A DNA stretch of 64,000 bases, taken from contig CP145412.1 of NCBI GenBank assembly GCA_036867785.1, positions 1 through 64,000 of the forward strand, read 5' to 3'. Numbering within the stretch: the stretch's first letter is position 1; each line of letters begins with the position of its first letter. A model generated the notes under the pieces. It saw nothing but the letters and a program-made list of their open reading frames with translations. It was not told the DNA's origin and did not search any database. This document shows positions 44,164 through 55,416 of the stretch, piece by piece. The DNA is from Plasmodiophora brassicae. Its lineage: Eukaryota. The translations under genes were made by a program, and so were the position numbers.

Positions 44164-45074
44164 ATGATCAGCGGCACGCTTGCCCTGATTATATTCCAGT
44201 TGCTGGGAACACCGATGTCAGGCGCAACCACGACGGGAGGCCGGTTCGTTGAACTTCAATCGGCGACAGGCGCTCGTGGCGATGGGCACCCGGCCACGTT
44301 TCCAGGCGCATCGTCGTTCATCGGTGATACGGTCCCGATTGACGGGTTCGTGCTCGGCAGGGTATGTTCAGATATGAATCTGCAATCCCAGACTGGTGCT
44401 GACCGACCGACGTCGCTGCAGATTGTGTCGTACTTGAAGAGCGAAGGACCCGAAGAGGTCGAAGCGTGGCTGGGTTCCCTGTACCGGCACGGCGTCACCC
44501 TGCGCTGCATGGCGCACGTCGCCCGCAAGCTGGATATGCCCGACCTGCAGGAGATCGTCGTCGCGCAGACCATCGCCCAGACGTCCCATGTCCGATACGA
44601 CGACGTCCTGCGATGCTGGAGCGAACAGGGCCTCGGGTAACCCGCGCGCGCGCGCGCGTTTAGTTCGAGTGACAATGAACCGCGCGCAGGTCGATTACGA
44701 AGACGCTGATGCCGCCGTTGTGCGAACGACCTGACGAAGATGGGTGCCCGGACACCATCGATGGCGTCATGCGGATGTGCAGGGCGCAGAAGCGCTTCAT
44801 CTCCAGTCGGGTGCTTAGCGACGTCGCCCCAGCGGAGCCGCCCGCTTTGCAGCGGCTCGCCCGAGGCGACGGCCCGCTCCAGGCGATGGCGGCGGCGGTG
44901 ACGTGCGGCGCGAACCCGTACGCGGCCGACGACGGCCTGACTCCATTGCACACGGCCGTTCAGCACCGGAACGAAGGCGCCGTCGCGTACCTCGCGACGG
45001 TGACCGACGTCAACGTTGATGACGACGACGACAGCGGCGTCGCCGTCAACGTTGACGAACAGCGCCTTGCATGA
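44164..45074 (+). CDS. Putative secreted BTB/SKP1-like plus ankyrin-repeat protein (candidate effector)
   Basis: Signal peptide MISGTLALIIFQLLGTPMSG; MAHVARKLDMPDL (SKP1/BTB-like helix); intron about 44637-44688; GANPYAADDGLTPLHTAVQHRNEGAVAYL ankyrin. Confidence 0.7.
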
Positions 45075-45240
45075 GTGGTGAGCGTCGCGCCGCTTGGTAG
45101 CATCGTTCGCCATCGGATACCCAACGTGGCGATTCCAATACAGACCGTCCTGATTGTCGAGACGCGATGAACGGTCAGCGCGCCAAAACGCATCAGCGGG
45201 GGCGGCCGCGAACGACGACGACGACGACGACGTCGGGGTG

Positions 45241-45606
45241 ATGGTGCGGATCACCAGTCACGTGCTGGACCTGGGCCTGGGGCGGCCCGCGTCAGGGGTC
45301 CCGGTCCGCCTGGAGCGGAAGGCGGGCAACGGATGGGAGCCGGTGGGCGCCGACGGCCTGACGACGGACGGGGACGGGCGCGTGCCGGACCTGACGGCCG
45401 GCCAGGTCGGCGGCGGCGACGCCGTCGGCGCGTTCCGCCTGACGTTCGCGACGGGCGGGTACCTGGCCGAGCAGCACCACCAGACGGAGCCGTTCTATCC
45501 CGAGGTCGTCATCACGTTCTCGGTCGGGCGGCAACAGGCCGACCAGCACTTCCACATCCCGTTGCTCCTGTCGCCGTACGGCTACTCGTCGTACCGTGGC
45601 AGCTGA
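45241..45606 (+). CDS. uraH: 5-hydroxyisourate hydrolase (transthyretin-like)
   Basis: ITSHVLD...GRPASGVPV, TDGDGR, FYPEV, HFHIPLLLSPYGYSSYRGS (terminal YRGS). Confidence 0.95.
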   Translation: MVRITSHVLDLGLGRPASGVPVRLERKAGNGWEPVGADGLTTDGDGRVPDLTAGQVGGGDAVGAFRLTFATGGYLAEQHHQTEPFYPEVVITFSVGRQQADQHFHIPLLLSPYGYSSYRGS

Positions 45607-45719
45607 CGACGTCGACCGCCGCCAATACATCGACCGTGTTGTTCCTGCGCGTGCCAGCGATCGTTATTCGGTCGAGGTGCCGGCCGTCGTCGTGTGCGCT
45701 GGCGACGGCGCACGTCCAG

Positions 45720-46367
45720 ATGACGACGGCCGCGGACGCGTTCGCGAAGAATGCGTCGCGCGGCGCCTGGTGCGGGCGGATGGGCCTGGTGCGCGTCCTG
45801 GCGATGCGCGGCGGCCTGCTGCAGACGATGGGCGTGTCGGACGCCGGGTCGACGTACCTGTACCCGGAGGAGGCCCTGTTCCTGTACGACCGCGGGTCGC
45901 TGGCCCTCGCCGACGACGACGTCGCGCACGCGCACGCGTCGCTCGCGTCGCAGCCCTTCATCGTCCCGGTCTACGCCGCGCTGAAGCACAACGGGTACGT
46001 CGTCATGCGCGCGCGTCAGTTCGCGCGGCAACGCCATGTGCAACGGGCCAGATCAGGCGACGCGGGCGCAGGCGCGGTCCCCGCGTTGCAGGTGCACCTC
46101 GAGCAGCACCGCGACGAGGCGGTGCGGTTCCAGGTCTGGCGCCCGGACCAGGCGTTCGGGTTCAGGCGGAGCGCGCCGCCCGCGCCCGAGTTCGCCGTCG
46201 TGCCCTGGCGCGTTGCCGACCGCGTCCCGGCCGACGCCGACCTGGCCGGGATCGCCGCCCAGCTGCCCGCGGGCGCCCGCCTGCTCGTCGCCGCCGTCGA
46301 CGTCGCCTCGGTCCTGTTCCTCGAGTTCCACGACGGGGCGATCCCCGCCCCGGATCCGTCCACCTAA
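45720..46367 (+). CDS. SEN54: tRNA-splicing endonuclease subunit Sen54-like
   Basis: GGLLQTMG...YLYPEEALFLYDRGSL...VYAALKHNGYVVMR. Confidence 0.8.
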   Translation: MTTAADAFAKNASRGAWCGRMGLVRVLAMRGGLLQTMGVSDAGSTYLYPEEALFLYDRGSLALADDDVAHAHASLASQPFIVPVYAALKHNGYVVMRARQFARQRHVQRARSGDAGAGAVPALQVHLEQHRDEAVRFQVWRPDQAFGFRRSAPPAPEFAVVPWRVADRVPADADLAGIAAQLPAGARLLVAAVDVASVLFLEFHDGAIPAPDPST

Positions 46368-46399
46368 CACACACGTGTATCGCTATGCGAATGCCGCTG

Positions 46400-47563
46400 T
46401 CACGCGCTCGACTTGCTCTTCGCCTTCGCCTTGCCGCCCTTCTGCTGCCTCTTCTTCTTCCGCTTCAGGTCCTCGGCGTGGCGCACGGCGTACGACTTGG
46501 CGCCGGCGCCCTTCTTGACCAGGCGGCCGTCGCGACGCCGCACGATCAGGCGCATCGACTTCTTCGGCGACCGCGTCTTGTAGCCCTTGGCCAGCTGGCC
46601 GGTCGGCGACACGGACGGGCGCCCGCCGCTCGTCTTGCCTTCGCCGCCGCCCATCGGGTGGTCGACCGGGTTCATGGCGACGCCGCGCACGTGCGGGCGC
46701 CGTCCCATCCACCGGGAGCGCCCCGCCTTCCCGATCTTGACGAACTTGTGCTCGGCGTTGCCGACGACGCCGACCGTGGCCAGGCAGTCCAGGCGGAACA
46801 TGCGCTCCTCCTTGGAGGGCATGCGGACGACGGCGTACCCGGCGTCCACGTCCTTCTCCAGCAGGACGCAGGAGGCGCCGGCGGTGCGCACCATCTGGGC
46901 GCCGCGCCCCGGGTACACCTCCAGGTTGTGGATCTCGGTGCCCAGCGGGATGTGGCGCAGCGCCATGGCGTTCCCGGGGACGATGTCCAGCGCCTGCGTG
47001 CGCGACGCCTGCACGGGCGACCCGGCCTGGACGCCGTGCGGCGCCACGATGTACGCCAGGCGCGACTCCTTCTCCGCCGCCGCGTCGTACCGCACCAGGG
47101 CAATGTAGGCGGTGCGGTTCGGGTCGTACTCGAGGCGCTCGACGATGCCCTCCATCTGCGCGGTACACGGGTCAGCACACGCAGACGGGAGCGCGCGCGA
47201 CGCCCACACGTACGTCGACGATCCTGCGCTTGAAGTCGATGATCCGGTAGCGACGTTTGTGGCCGCCGCCGCGATGCCGGACCGTGATGCGCCCGTGGTT
47301 GTTGCGACCGCCCGTCGAGCGCAGGCCGACCGACAGCGCGCGCACCGGGCGCCCTTTCCACAGGTGCGACGTGTCGGCGAGCACCTGCACAACGAATTCG
47401 TCATCGGGTGCGCGTCCGTCCGTCCGGGCGGGCAGCAGCGTCGTACGGTGCCGCGCATGGCGTTCGTCAGCGGCTTGAGCACCTTCAGGCGCGCCGACTG
47501 CGACGCCGACTCCGACGCCGACGACGACAGCGCCCGGCGGATCCAGGCGAACGCGGCGGCCAT
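46400..47563 (-). CDS. MRPL2: Mitochondrial ribosomal protein uL2 (nucleus-encoded, 3 exons)
   Basis: Presequence [20 protein letters not shown]...[71 protein letters not shown]; two short introns. Confidence 0.93.
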   Translation of the reverse strand: MAAAFAWIRRALSSSASESASQSARLKVLKPLTNAMRGTVRRCCPPGRTDAHPMTNSLCRCSPTRRTCGKGARCARCRSACARRAVATTTGASRSGIAAAATNVATGSSTSSAGSSTYVWASRALPSACADPCTAQMEGIVERLEYDPNRTAYIALVRYDAAAEKESRLAYIVAPHGVQAGSPVQASRTQALDIVPGNAMALRHIPLGTEIHNLEVYPGRGAQMVRTAGASCVLLEKDVDAGYAVVRMPSKEERMFRLDCLATVGVVGNAEHKFVKIGKAGRSRWMGRRPHVRGVAMNPVDHPMGGGEGKTSGGRPSVSPTGQLAKGYKTRSPKKSMRLIVRRRDGRLVKKGAGAKSYAVRHAEDLKRKKKRQQKGGKAKAKSKSSA

Positions 47564-47761
47564 TGGACGGGAACGGCGGCGGCGCGTCGCCCCCCTCGCC
47601 AACGCCAACAACAACAATCGAAATAGCGGCGCCGCGGTCCGTCAATCGGGGACCGCAGCGCACGTCCGTCCCCGGAGACGTCGTCGTCATCGTCACACGC
47701 GACTGCTGCGACGACGACGACGACGACAGCATCTTCCTCGAGTCGTTGTATAACGGTGCGC

Positions 47762-48340
47762 CTACGTGCTGGGGACGACGACGCAGGTGTCGGGCGGCGC
47801 GCCTTGCGTGCTGGGTCTGACTTTCCGGCTGGACGGGTCGTCGTCGTCGTCGTCGTCGTCGTCTCCGGGGGACAGCAGCAGCGTTCCCGACGTCGTCGTT
47901 GCCGTGTCCAGACGGCCGCCCGTCCCGTCCTTGTCGTCGAACGGGGACCCATGGTCGTCGTGCCACGATTGCAATTCGACCAGGAGGTCGTAGACGCTGC
48001 GGGGCAGGTGCCTGCGCTCGGCAGGCGCCGGGTCGACGCTGTACGACGATCGCCCGGCGGCGTCACGTACGACGCGCTCCGTCGCGGTCTGGTAGTCCTG
48101 CGACGCCACCGCCCGTTCGTAGTCGGCGTCGTCGCGGTCGACGCTCGCCGCCCATCGGCGGAACGCACGCTGGATGACGACCGCCGCCGCCCGCTGCCGC
48201 TCGTCGGGCAGTGTCGTCGCCAGGCTGCCGCACGTGCTGGCCTGCAATGACGACAGGGCCCGCTCCAGCTGATCAGCGGCGCGCTCGAGCCGGCCCACCA
48301 GATCGACGGCGCGCCTAACGTCACATAACCGGGGCATCAT
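47762..48340 (-). CDS. Hypothetical IQ-motif protein
   Basis: [17 protein letters not shown] motif. 3' structure uncertain. Confidence 0.5.
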   Translation of the reverse strand: MMPRLCDVRRAVDLVGRLERAADQLERALSSLQASTCGSLATTLPDERQRAAAVVIQRAFRRWAASVDRDDADYERAVASQDYQTATERVVRDAAGRSSYSVDPAPAERRHLPRSVYDLLVELQSWHDDHGSPFDDKDGTGGRLDTATTTSGTLLLSPGDDDDDDDDDPSSRKVRPSTQGAPPDTCVVVPST

Positions 48341-48544
48341 CGCTGGATGTCCCGCGCGCTTGCTGAAGGGAACCCTACAGCTATGACGCGCGCGCGTGAC
48401 TCACGACCCGACCAAGGGGGGCGATCTCGGAACACGCCTGTCGACCGTCATTGCCGATATCGTCAACGGGTGGTGGTTAGCCGTACTGTACACGTGTTCT
48501 GACGCGACGATGGGCGCATCCTGCACAAAGGTACGGCAGCGTTG

Positions 48545-49066
48545 ATGAACGCGGCAACCCTGGCCTCAATGTCGTCCGTGAAGGGGACCGGCGTGCAAAC
48601 CAGGGTCAGGGAGCAGCTGGCCAAGCCGCAGACGAACACGATGGCGCACAAGGCCGTTGACAAGGCCGTCCCCGAGCAGTACCGTCAGCAAGCTCACAGC
48701 ACGGTCGACAAGGCGTTGCAGGCGGCCGTGCCGTCGAACGCGCAGGCAGGCGGCGCTACGCAGGCGCCACCACCGAACGGGCAGACGCAAGGCTACGGCA
48801 TGCAGGCTGGTCAGCAGCAGTACACGACGAACGCTGCGGGCATGGCTGGCCGGCCGTTCGGCGACGACGACGCGCAGCGGTATGCGACTCCCGGGCAACC
48901 ATCGTATGGACAAGGTCGCCCGGTCGTGCACGGTGGTGGTGGTGGTGGTGGTCAGCAGTACGTCCAGCAGACTCCGGGACTGCACTACGGACAATACGGG
49001 CAGGGCGGGCAGCAGCAGCGGTACGCGCAGCAGCAGCAGCACGACGCGTACCAGGGCATGCGTTGA
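48545..49066 (+). CDS. Gln/Gly/Tyr-rich low-complexity protein
   Basis: Internal repeat AHKAVDKAV / AHSTVDKAL followed by a QGY-rich tail. Confidence 0.65.
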   Translation: MNAATLASMSSVKGTGVQTRVREQLAKPQTNTMAHKAVDKAVPEQYRQQAHSTVDKALQAAVPSNAQAGGATQAPPPNGQTQGYGMQAGQQQYTTNAAGMAGRPFGDDDAQRYATPGQPSYGQGRPVVHGGGGGGGQQYVQQTPGLHYGQYGQGGQQQRYAQQQQHDAYQGMR

Positions 49067-49076
49067 AATACAACGT

Positions 49077-50214
49077 TCATTGGTCGGCGGCGGACGCCGT
49101 TGCCGTGTCACAGGGCGGACGCTGCTGCTTCATCGGCTCGAACCCGGGCGCTGTCCGGCACTTTGGTCGGCTCTGCCCGGCCAGCTGCTCCTGGAACGCG
49201 CGCAGGGTCTTCTCCTGCGCGAACAGGCGCGCCATGACGGCGCTGCGTTCCGCCTTGTTGAACTCGGACGACGACAGGTTGTCGAGGTCGGCGGTCCTGC
49301 CGCCGCCGCGCTGGAGGATCTCCTCCCTGATGTCGTCGACGCACGACCTGAGGAAGGCCTGCAACTCCTGTCGCCCGTGCAGCTGCTCGTTCAGGCGCGC
49401 CTGCAACGACGCGATCTGCGTCTGCGCCATCTTCATCTCGTGGCGCATGTGCCGGACCGTGTTCTGGAACCGTTTCTCCAGGTCGGCGGGCGCCCTGGGC
49501 GCGCTCGACACCATCCTGGACGCGTGCACCGTTGCTGCTGCCCGACCTGCCTCCGCCGCCGCCGCGCTGTTAGGACGCATCGCCAACGTCGACTGCGGCA
49601 GCGTTGGCAGCGACTTGTACGACGGGGATTCGACGGCGCCGGCGTCGCGAAGGCGCGCGTAATCCTTCTTGATGACGAGGATCTGCTTGATGAGGAACTC
49701 GCGGTCCTCCTCCTGCGTCTTCAGCTGGCTCTTCAGCCGTTTGTTGTCTTTCGCCAGTTGCTTGTTCTGCTCCTCGAGGCGGTACGTCATGTCCTTCATC
49801 CACTCGAGCTCCTCCGTCAGCTTGTGGCACCGCTGGACCCATTCCGACGACCCGGACTCGTTCTTGCGGCGCTCCCGATCGAGCTCGTCGTTCACGTCGC
49901 ACATGCGCGTCTTGAACGCGCGCAGCAGGTCGCGCTCCTGGTCCTTCAGCACCTGCGACGTCCGGTTCTGCAGCAGCAGGATGTTGTCCTGGATCGTGGT
50001 GTGCAGCGACCGGATGCGTTTGATGCTCTCCTGCGAATCCGCCTGCTGCGTCTGCGTCTGCGAGTACCCGTCCAGCTTCTGCTGCAACTTCTGGATCTGC
50101 TCCCGGAACCGTGCCTCCCGACGCAGCACGAGCTCCTGTTGATGTGGAATCAGATCGTGGCGGCTGCCGGGCACGCTCCCGTCGTACGTCTTTCCGTTTC
50201 GCTTCCTGCATCAT
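49077..50214 (-). CDS. Coiled-coil protein of unknown function
   Basis: Long heptad-rich ORF (QERDLLRAF...EELEW...QEEDREFLIKQ) with strong codon bias. 5' exon uncertain. Confidence 0.75.
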
Positions 50215-50603
50215 GGCCGTCTTCGACTTGACCTCCTCTCGGTACCTGGCCGCTATGGATCAGCGCGGGCTGGATAGTGACCCGCCCGAGAGAGGACCCA
50301 CTTCTGCAGGACGTCGGTGTAGAGCGACTGTAGATCGGCATAGGCGACGTTCTGCTTGTTGACGGGCCCGCTCGGTCGTTTGCCGCTCTGCGACTGCGCC
50401 CCCATCCGTCGTTAGCCGCTGGCGGCGAACGAACGCGTCGTTCACGTACCCGTTTGCCTGGGGAAGGCGACCGGGACGGTGCCTGGGTGGCGCCCGTCTG
50501 ACTGGCCGCCGATGACGCCGCCCCGTCCGTCAGCCTACGCCACCCATCATCAGGGCCCGGTGGAAACACACACATACACACGCCGCCCGCCGCCGGGACG
50601 TAC

Positions 50604-52413
50604 ATGTCCATCCCGCTGACGACCGACATGGCGTCGTCGACCAGCGCCGGACGACGTCTATACAATAGCACGAGTCGATCCCGGGTACCACCAGCTCACA
50701 GTGCCGTCGGGGGCATCAGAGTACCCAATGCCCTGACGCTACATCGGCCCTCGCAGGACAGTCCTGCATCGCCCTCGCGTTCGTTTCGCGTCGTCCCACT
50801 GTACACGACCGCTGGTTGTCGCAGGGTAGTACCCGACCCTGCTGGGACCGATATCGCGCCCAGATATCTCGACGATGGCAACGTCGCTCGTCGACACCCA
50901 TGTCGCCCTGCGGCAGTCGTTCACCTTCTTCAGCAACGTACGGGGCGGGCCGTTGTACGCCCCATCGCGACGACGTCGGTGACCGGTCCAACAGGAATTG
51001 TCGGCGGCGGTGGAGGCGCTGGGCATCGACCCGAACGAGGAGCGCGACCTGATGTGGATCGCCGAGATGGCGCTGACGCTGCCGCTGCCGCTGCCCTGGA
51101 TGCTCTGCAGCGATGGGCACAACAAGTGCTACCACAACCCGGAGACGGGCGCCACCACCGGGCACCACCCGCTGTTCAACCGCCTGCTCGACATGGTCCA
51201 CGCGCACCGGTCCCGTTCGAACCCGACGGCGCTGACGCCGGGCGCCACGACCAGCTGGCGCATCGCCGACGCGTTCGACCGGAACCAGGCGGCCGCACAG
51301 CAGTGCGCCCTGAACTTCATCGTCGAGCGCCGCACCATGCAGGTCGACAAGCAGGCGCAGCGCCGCCTGGGCGTCAGTCGGCGTCGGAAGGCGGCCCGGG
51401 ACGAGGCGCAGCGCCAGCAGGTGCGCGCCGCGCAGTCCGTGATGTCTGCACAGGCGCCACGCGCCGCGGACGTGCGCGCCCGCACCGTCGCGTTCCGCGC
51501 CACGTGCCGGGACCTGTACGCCGACGAGTGCGACGACTACCTGGCGCTGCTGAACCGCAACGCGGAGGCGCTGGCGATGGCCGACGTCCGCGCCCGCCTC
51601 CTACTTGCCGACATTGACGCGGGGTCCCCGGTTGGGGATACCGACGCGGAACGGTTCCAGCAGGACGTGCAGGCGGCGGTGCGCGCGTCGTGCACGGCGC
51701 TGGTGGAGACGGAGAGGTGGATGGGGCGGGTGCGCGAAGAGGTCCGCGAGACGACGAAGCGCGACGGGATCCTGGAACGGAAACGGCGGGACGCGAAGGC
51801 GCGCGCCGTGCCACAGGAAGCGCTGGCCGCGAAGCAGACCGCGATTCAGATCCGGCGGCTGAAGCAGAGCGCGAGGCGCCTGGGGATGCTGTCGGCGGCG
51901 GCGCTGTCGGCTAGGGACGCCGCCCTGGTGCAGGGCAGGACGACGCACGACCCCGACTGTGCGCTGGCGGCCCGCGTCGCATCGGGTGCCTACGCGGACA
52001 CAGCGGCGACGCTGTCCAGGAACCTGAAGCGGACGCGCCTGCACCAGAAGACGATCGAGGCGGCGTCGCAGGCGGCAGCGGAGGCGAAGTCGGCGGCGAC
52101 GACGATCAGGACGAAGGAGGACGACGTCGTGGACGTGCAGGTGCTGACGACGCCGCCGGACGACGAATCGGACGAACCGGAGCCGAACGCAGAGGACGAC
52201 GTTGCCGAGCCGGAACCCGATGCGGCCAGCACAGCGACGCGGTCGCCCCTGTTCAACATCAGCGTCATGAGCACGCTGTCGAAAGGATGGGCGCCCAAGG
52301 CGCTGTTCGGACGGCTCCAGTCAACGTCGCCGCAGAACTCGGCCGAGAAGTCGTTCGAGCGCGAGAAGTCCTTCTCCAAGACCGAGAAGTCGGCCTCGTT
52401 CTTCAACTTCTAG
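50604..52413 (+). CDS. Protein with a CEP164-type N-terminal WW-like module and coiled coil
   Basis: LGIDPNEERDLMWIAEMALTLPLPLPW...YHNPETGATTGHHP matches the CEP164-like WW pattern. 5' exons uncertain. Confidence 0.6.
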
Positions 52414-52453
52414 GCGGCACACACACACACATCATAAAGGCGACGACGTACAT

Positions 52454-53411
52454 TCACGTAGATGCGGTTGCCGGCGGCCGTGCAGCATCGACGTCGTCGT
52501 CGTCGTCGTCCTCGTCGACCGGGAAGAACGTGTACGACAGCGTGATGCGCTTGACGTCGTTCATGCGGCGATCGTCGACGAGGTCCGGGTCCAGGAAGAA
52601 GAAGACGGGCAGTTCGATCTCCTCGTGGGGCCGCAGGCGCTGCTCCTCGAAGCAGAAGCACTGACACGTGGGACAATATATGGCCATCCGGGTCTGTGGG
52701 GTCACACGCGGCACGTTACCTGGATCTTGTTGAAGTACAGGCCGGCCTTCATCGGCGTCACGTTATACGACGACACGCCCGCTGTCCACGGAACGTCACG
52801 ACGACGACGACGACGGAAGCGGAACGGCAGCAGCGCCGAACGTACTGATGGCACGGTCGGTCAGGTTGGTCGCCTTGTAGAACGCCAGAGCCGTCTCCCC
52901 GACCTGGACCTGCATTCTGCACGGGGGGCGTTGGGAACGGACGCACACACACACACACACGAGATCGGCGCGTACCTCTGCTGGCAGGGCACGAACTTCC
53001 AGCGCATGTTGGCGCCCAGGTCAGAATTGAACTCGACCGTGACGAACCGGGCCGGTTTCTCCTTCCTGTCCGCCAGCTTCCTGATCTTGGATTCGACGCG
53101 TTCCTGGACGGTGCCGCCGAACCCGGTCGCCTGGCAGAACGCCCTGTACAGCGGCACGGACGCGTACGACAGGCCGAGCTGGGAGCGCGCGCACCACCGT
53201 TCGGGCACAGACAACCAATGGGGAACGCGCGACGACGTACCGTGCCAAGGGCCATGGCCGCCGCGTACATCGCCGTGGAGCGGCGACGCGCGCTCCCCGT
53301 CATATCGTCCTCGTCGACGTCGACTGCGGCGGGGGCGGACCTGTCGGAGCGACGACGACGAAGACGTCCGCTGACCCAAAAGACGTGCGTCCGCACCCGC
53401 CCAACGGACAC
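52454..53411 (-). CDS. COX11: Cytochrome c oxidase copper chaperone COX11, multi-exon (start uncertain)
   Basis: LSYASVPLYRAFCQATGFGGT, GETALAFY, YNVTP.KAGLYFNKIQ|CFCFEEQRL, LPVFFFLDP, ITLSYTFF. Confidence 0.95.
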
Positions 53412-53783
53412 GAACGCCGATGCGTCTCAGCGAAGACGTACCTCAAACCGGCCAACAACCTGCCCGCAGCTGTACGTCAATGGCGCGCGCTTCTAGGCGG
53501 CGGTCTCGACATCGTCACCGACCTTTCCGGGCTTCGGCCCTATCTTGGGACCGCCGAACCGAACGCTGGCGCTAGTCCCCTGGACGGCAACGGCATCGGT
53601 ACATACGATAGCTCTTGCTTGCGGGAGGGGGAGGGGGCGTCAGCGTGAACCTGCGTACCGGTCGGCAACATCTGGGGCGGGTCGCCGTCGGTGTGCTCGT
53701 TGCGTTCCGCAATAGTGCGCCGCCCGCAGCATCATATGGCGCGCGTCAATGCCCAACAACGTAATACAGTACCCGAACAGGAC

Positions 53784-53854
53784 GCGGAAATCGTCTAGTG
53801 GCAGGACCCCAGCTTGTGGCGCTGTTAACCTCGGTTCGATTCCGAGTTTCCGCA
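53784..53854 (+). tRNA. tRNA-His(GUG)
   Basis: 71-nt cloverleaf: acceptor GCGGAAA/TTTCCGC, anticodon loop TTGTGGC, T arm CTCGG-TTCGATT-CCGAG, discriminator A. Confidence 0.95.
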
Positions 53855-53926
53855 TCTGACGTTTTGGTCCGTTTTGTCCTTTGTATTGTCCTTTGTAGAA
53901 GAACTGGCCTATGTCTCCAGATGCGG

Positions 53927-54017
53927 GTTCGAGCCGCTTGTACAAATTGTCCTTGGTCTTTACCAACAAGTTGTTCGAGCCGCTTGTACAAATTGTCCTT
54001 GGTCTTACCCACACAAG
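53927..54017 (+). repeat. Two-copy ~46-bp tandem repeat downstream of the first tRNA-His
   Basis: GTTCGAGCCGCTTGTACAAATTGTCCTTGGTCTT at 53927 and 53973. Confidence 0.85.
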
Positions 54018-54760
54018 TGCTCGTTGCAACACGGCCCGGTGCAGCAGGTGTTGCTGATACCGCGCGCACATCGCGAATGCTCACGGATTAGATTTCAGCG
54101 TCTCGACGCTTTCGAACTTAAACTGATGTATCACTACGCGTTCACGGGGTATGACGCGTACAAACGCTCGCGTCGACATGTACGTACGCTGCACGTTCGC
54201 GTCAATGGTGACGATACATCAGGTTGAGTTCGAATCATCGAGACTCAGGGTAGTTCCTCCGATGAGATGCGCGACGCCATGCCGCTGACGGCTCCCCATG
54301 TGATACATACAGCACATGAACGTGGGTTGATCCGGCTTCCAGTGAAAGTACCGCAACACACATACGATACCGACGCTACGATTACTGGATTGGCTTGGCA
54401 TGAGCTGATGATGCTTTCGTGACTGGCGATTGAGGCCGTGCAGCAACTCGGCTTCCGCGACCGGGTGCCGTGGCTGCAGGCTGTCTCGAGATAACCGAAA
54501 GTGACAGCCAATGCCAGGTCTACTCGAATTTTACGACGAGTCGACGTTAGTTAGTTCCGTATATAAAACTCGGCGCGATCCCGTTGGCGTTTCTCCATGT
54601 GGCCGGGGTCCCGATATCACGAACGCGGCGAGCATCCAGGAAATACCCACCAGAATTGCATAGTCTCCCATAGCAAATGGATACGGCCAGCACGTCCACT
54701 GTTTGGCAGAGTTGCGACTTGGTTGTGGTATCGATGGTGGAACCGGGCATCAACCGTGGC

Positions 54761-54831
54761 GCGGAAATCGTCTAGTGGCAGGACCCCAGCTTGTGGCGCT
54801 GTTAACCTCGGTTCGATTCCGAGTTTCCGCA
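54761..54831 (+). tRNA. tRNA-His(GUG)
   Basis: Identical to 53784-53854; T-rich tract downstream. Confidence 0.95.
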
Positions 54832-55030
54832 GGTGAAGTTTTGTTTTTCGCGCGGGCTGCAAGCACCCACAGTCCACAAGCGTCGTGCAGTCGCGCGAAC
54901 GTGCTGCCACGAGTCCACGACTGTGCCCAAAGGCAAACCGACATGTACGTCAGCCGGAGATCGGACAAGGTAAATACACTGGAAATGGTGTCGTGTAGCA
55001 CGATCATTGGCGCGCGAATCCCGCACGGAC

Positions 55031-55101
55031 GCGGAAATCGTCTAGTGGCAGGACCCCAGCTTGTGGCGCTGTTAACCTCGGTTCGATTCCGAGTTTCCGC
55101 A
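55031..55101 (+). tRNA. tRNA-His(GUG)
   Basis: Identical to 53784-53854; TTTT terminator immediately downstream. Confidence 0.95.
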
Positions 55102-55416
55102 TTTTGTCCTTTTGCAACGGACTGATCCCGCGATCTGATGGGCTCCGGACGTTGAAAGTTCGACCCTCAGCCAGTATTCACATATTTGTTTGTCATCGCA
55201 GACATGTAATGATACGCGCCGTTCCACCAGTGCGCCGCCTATTGACGGTTGAATCGGGAGGCATATTACAGTGCCCGGGCAACAGATGTTCGACGCTACG
55301 AAGCGACGCAGCCCGCAGAGTACGGGATGGGACACGCTTTGCTACCTGCAGTGTGTCGCCCATTCGCTCGGTACTGAATCAGGATATAATTTCGACAATT
55401 GGTTTGCCCGAATAGG

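Noticed and set aside
45596-47233. 545-aa Arg-rich ORF
   Set aside because: Off-frame and antisense overlap of Sen54 and uL2 in high-GC DNA.
46400-47563. Bacterial or mitochondrial DNA insertion carrying rpl2
   Set aside because: Has a presequence, spliceosomal introns and nuclear codon usage.
53784-55101. CRISPR-like array of identical repeats
   Set aside because: The repeats are 71-nt tRNA cloverleafs with irregular spacing and no cas genes.
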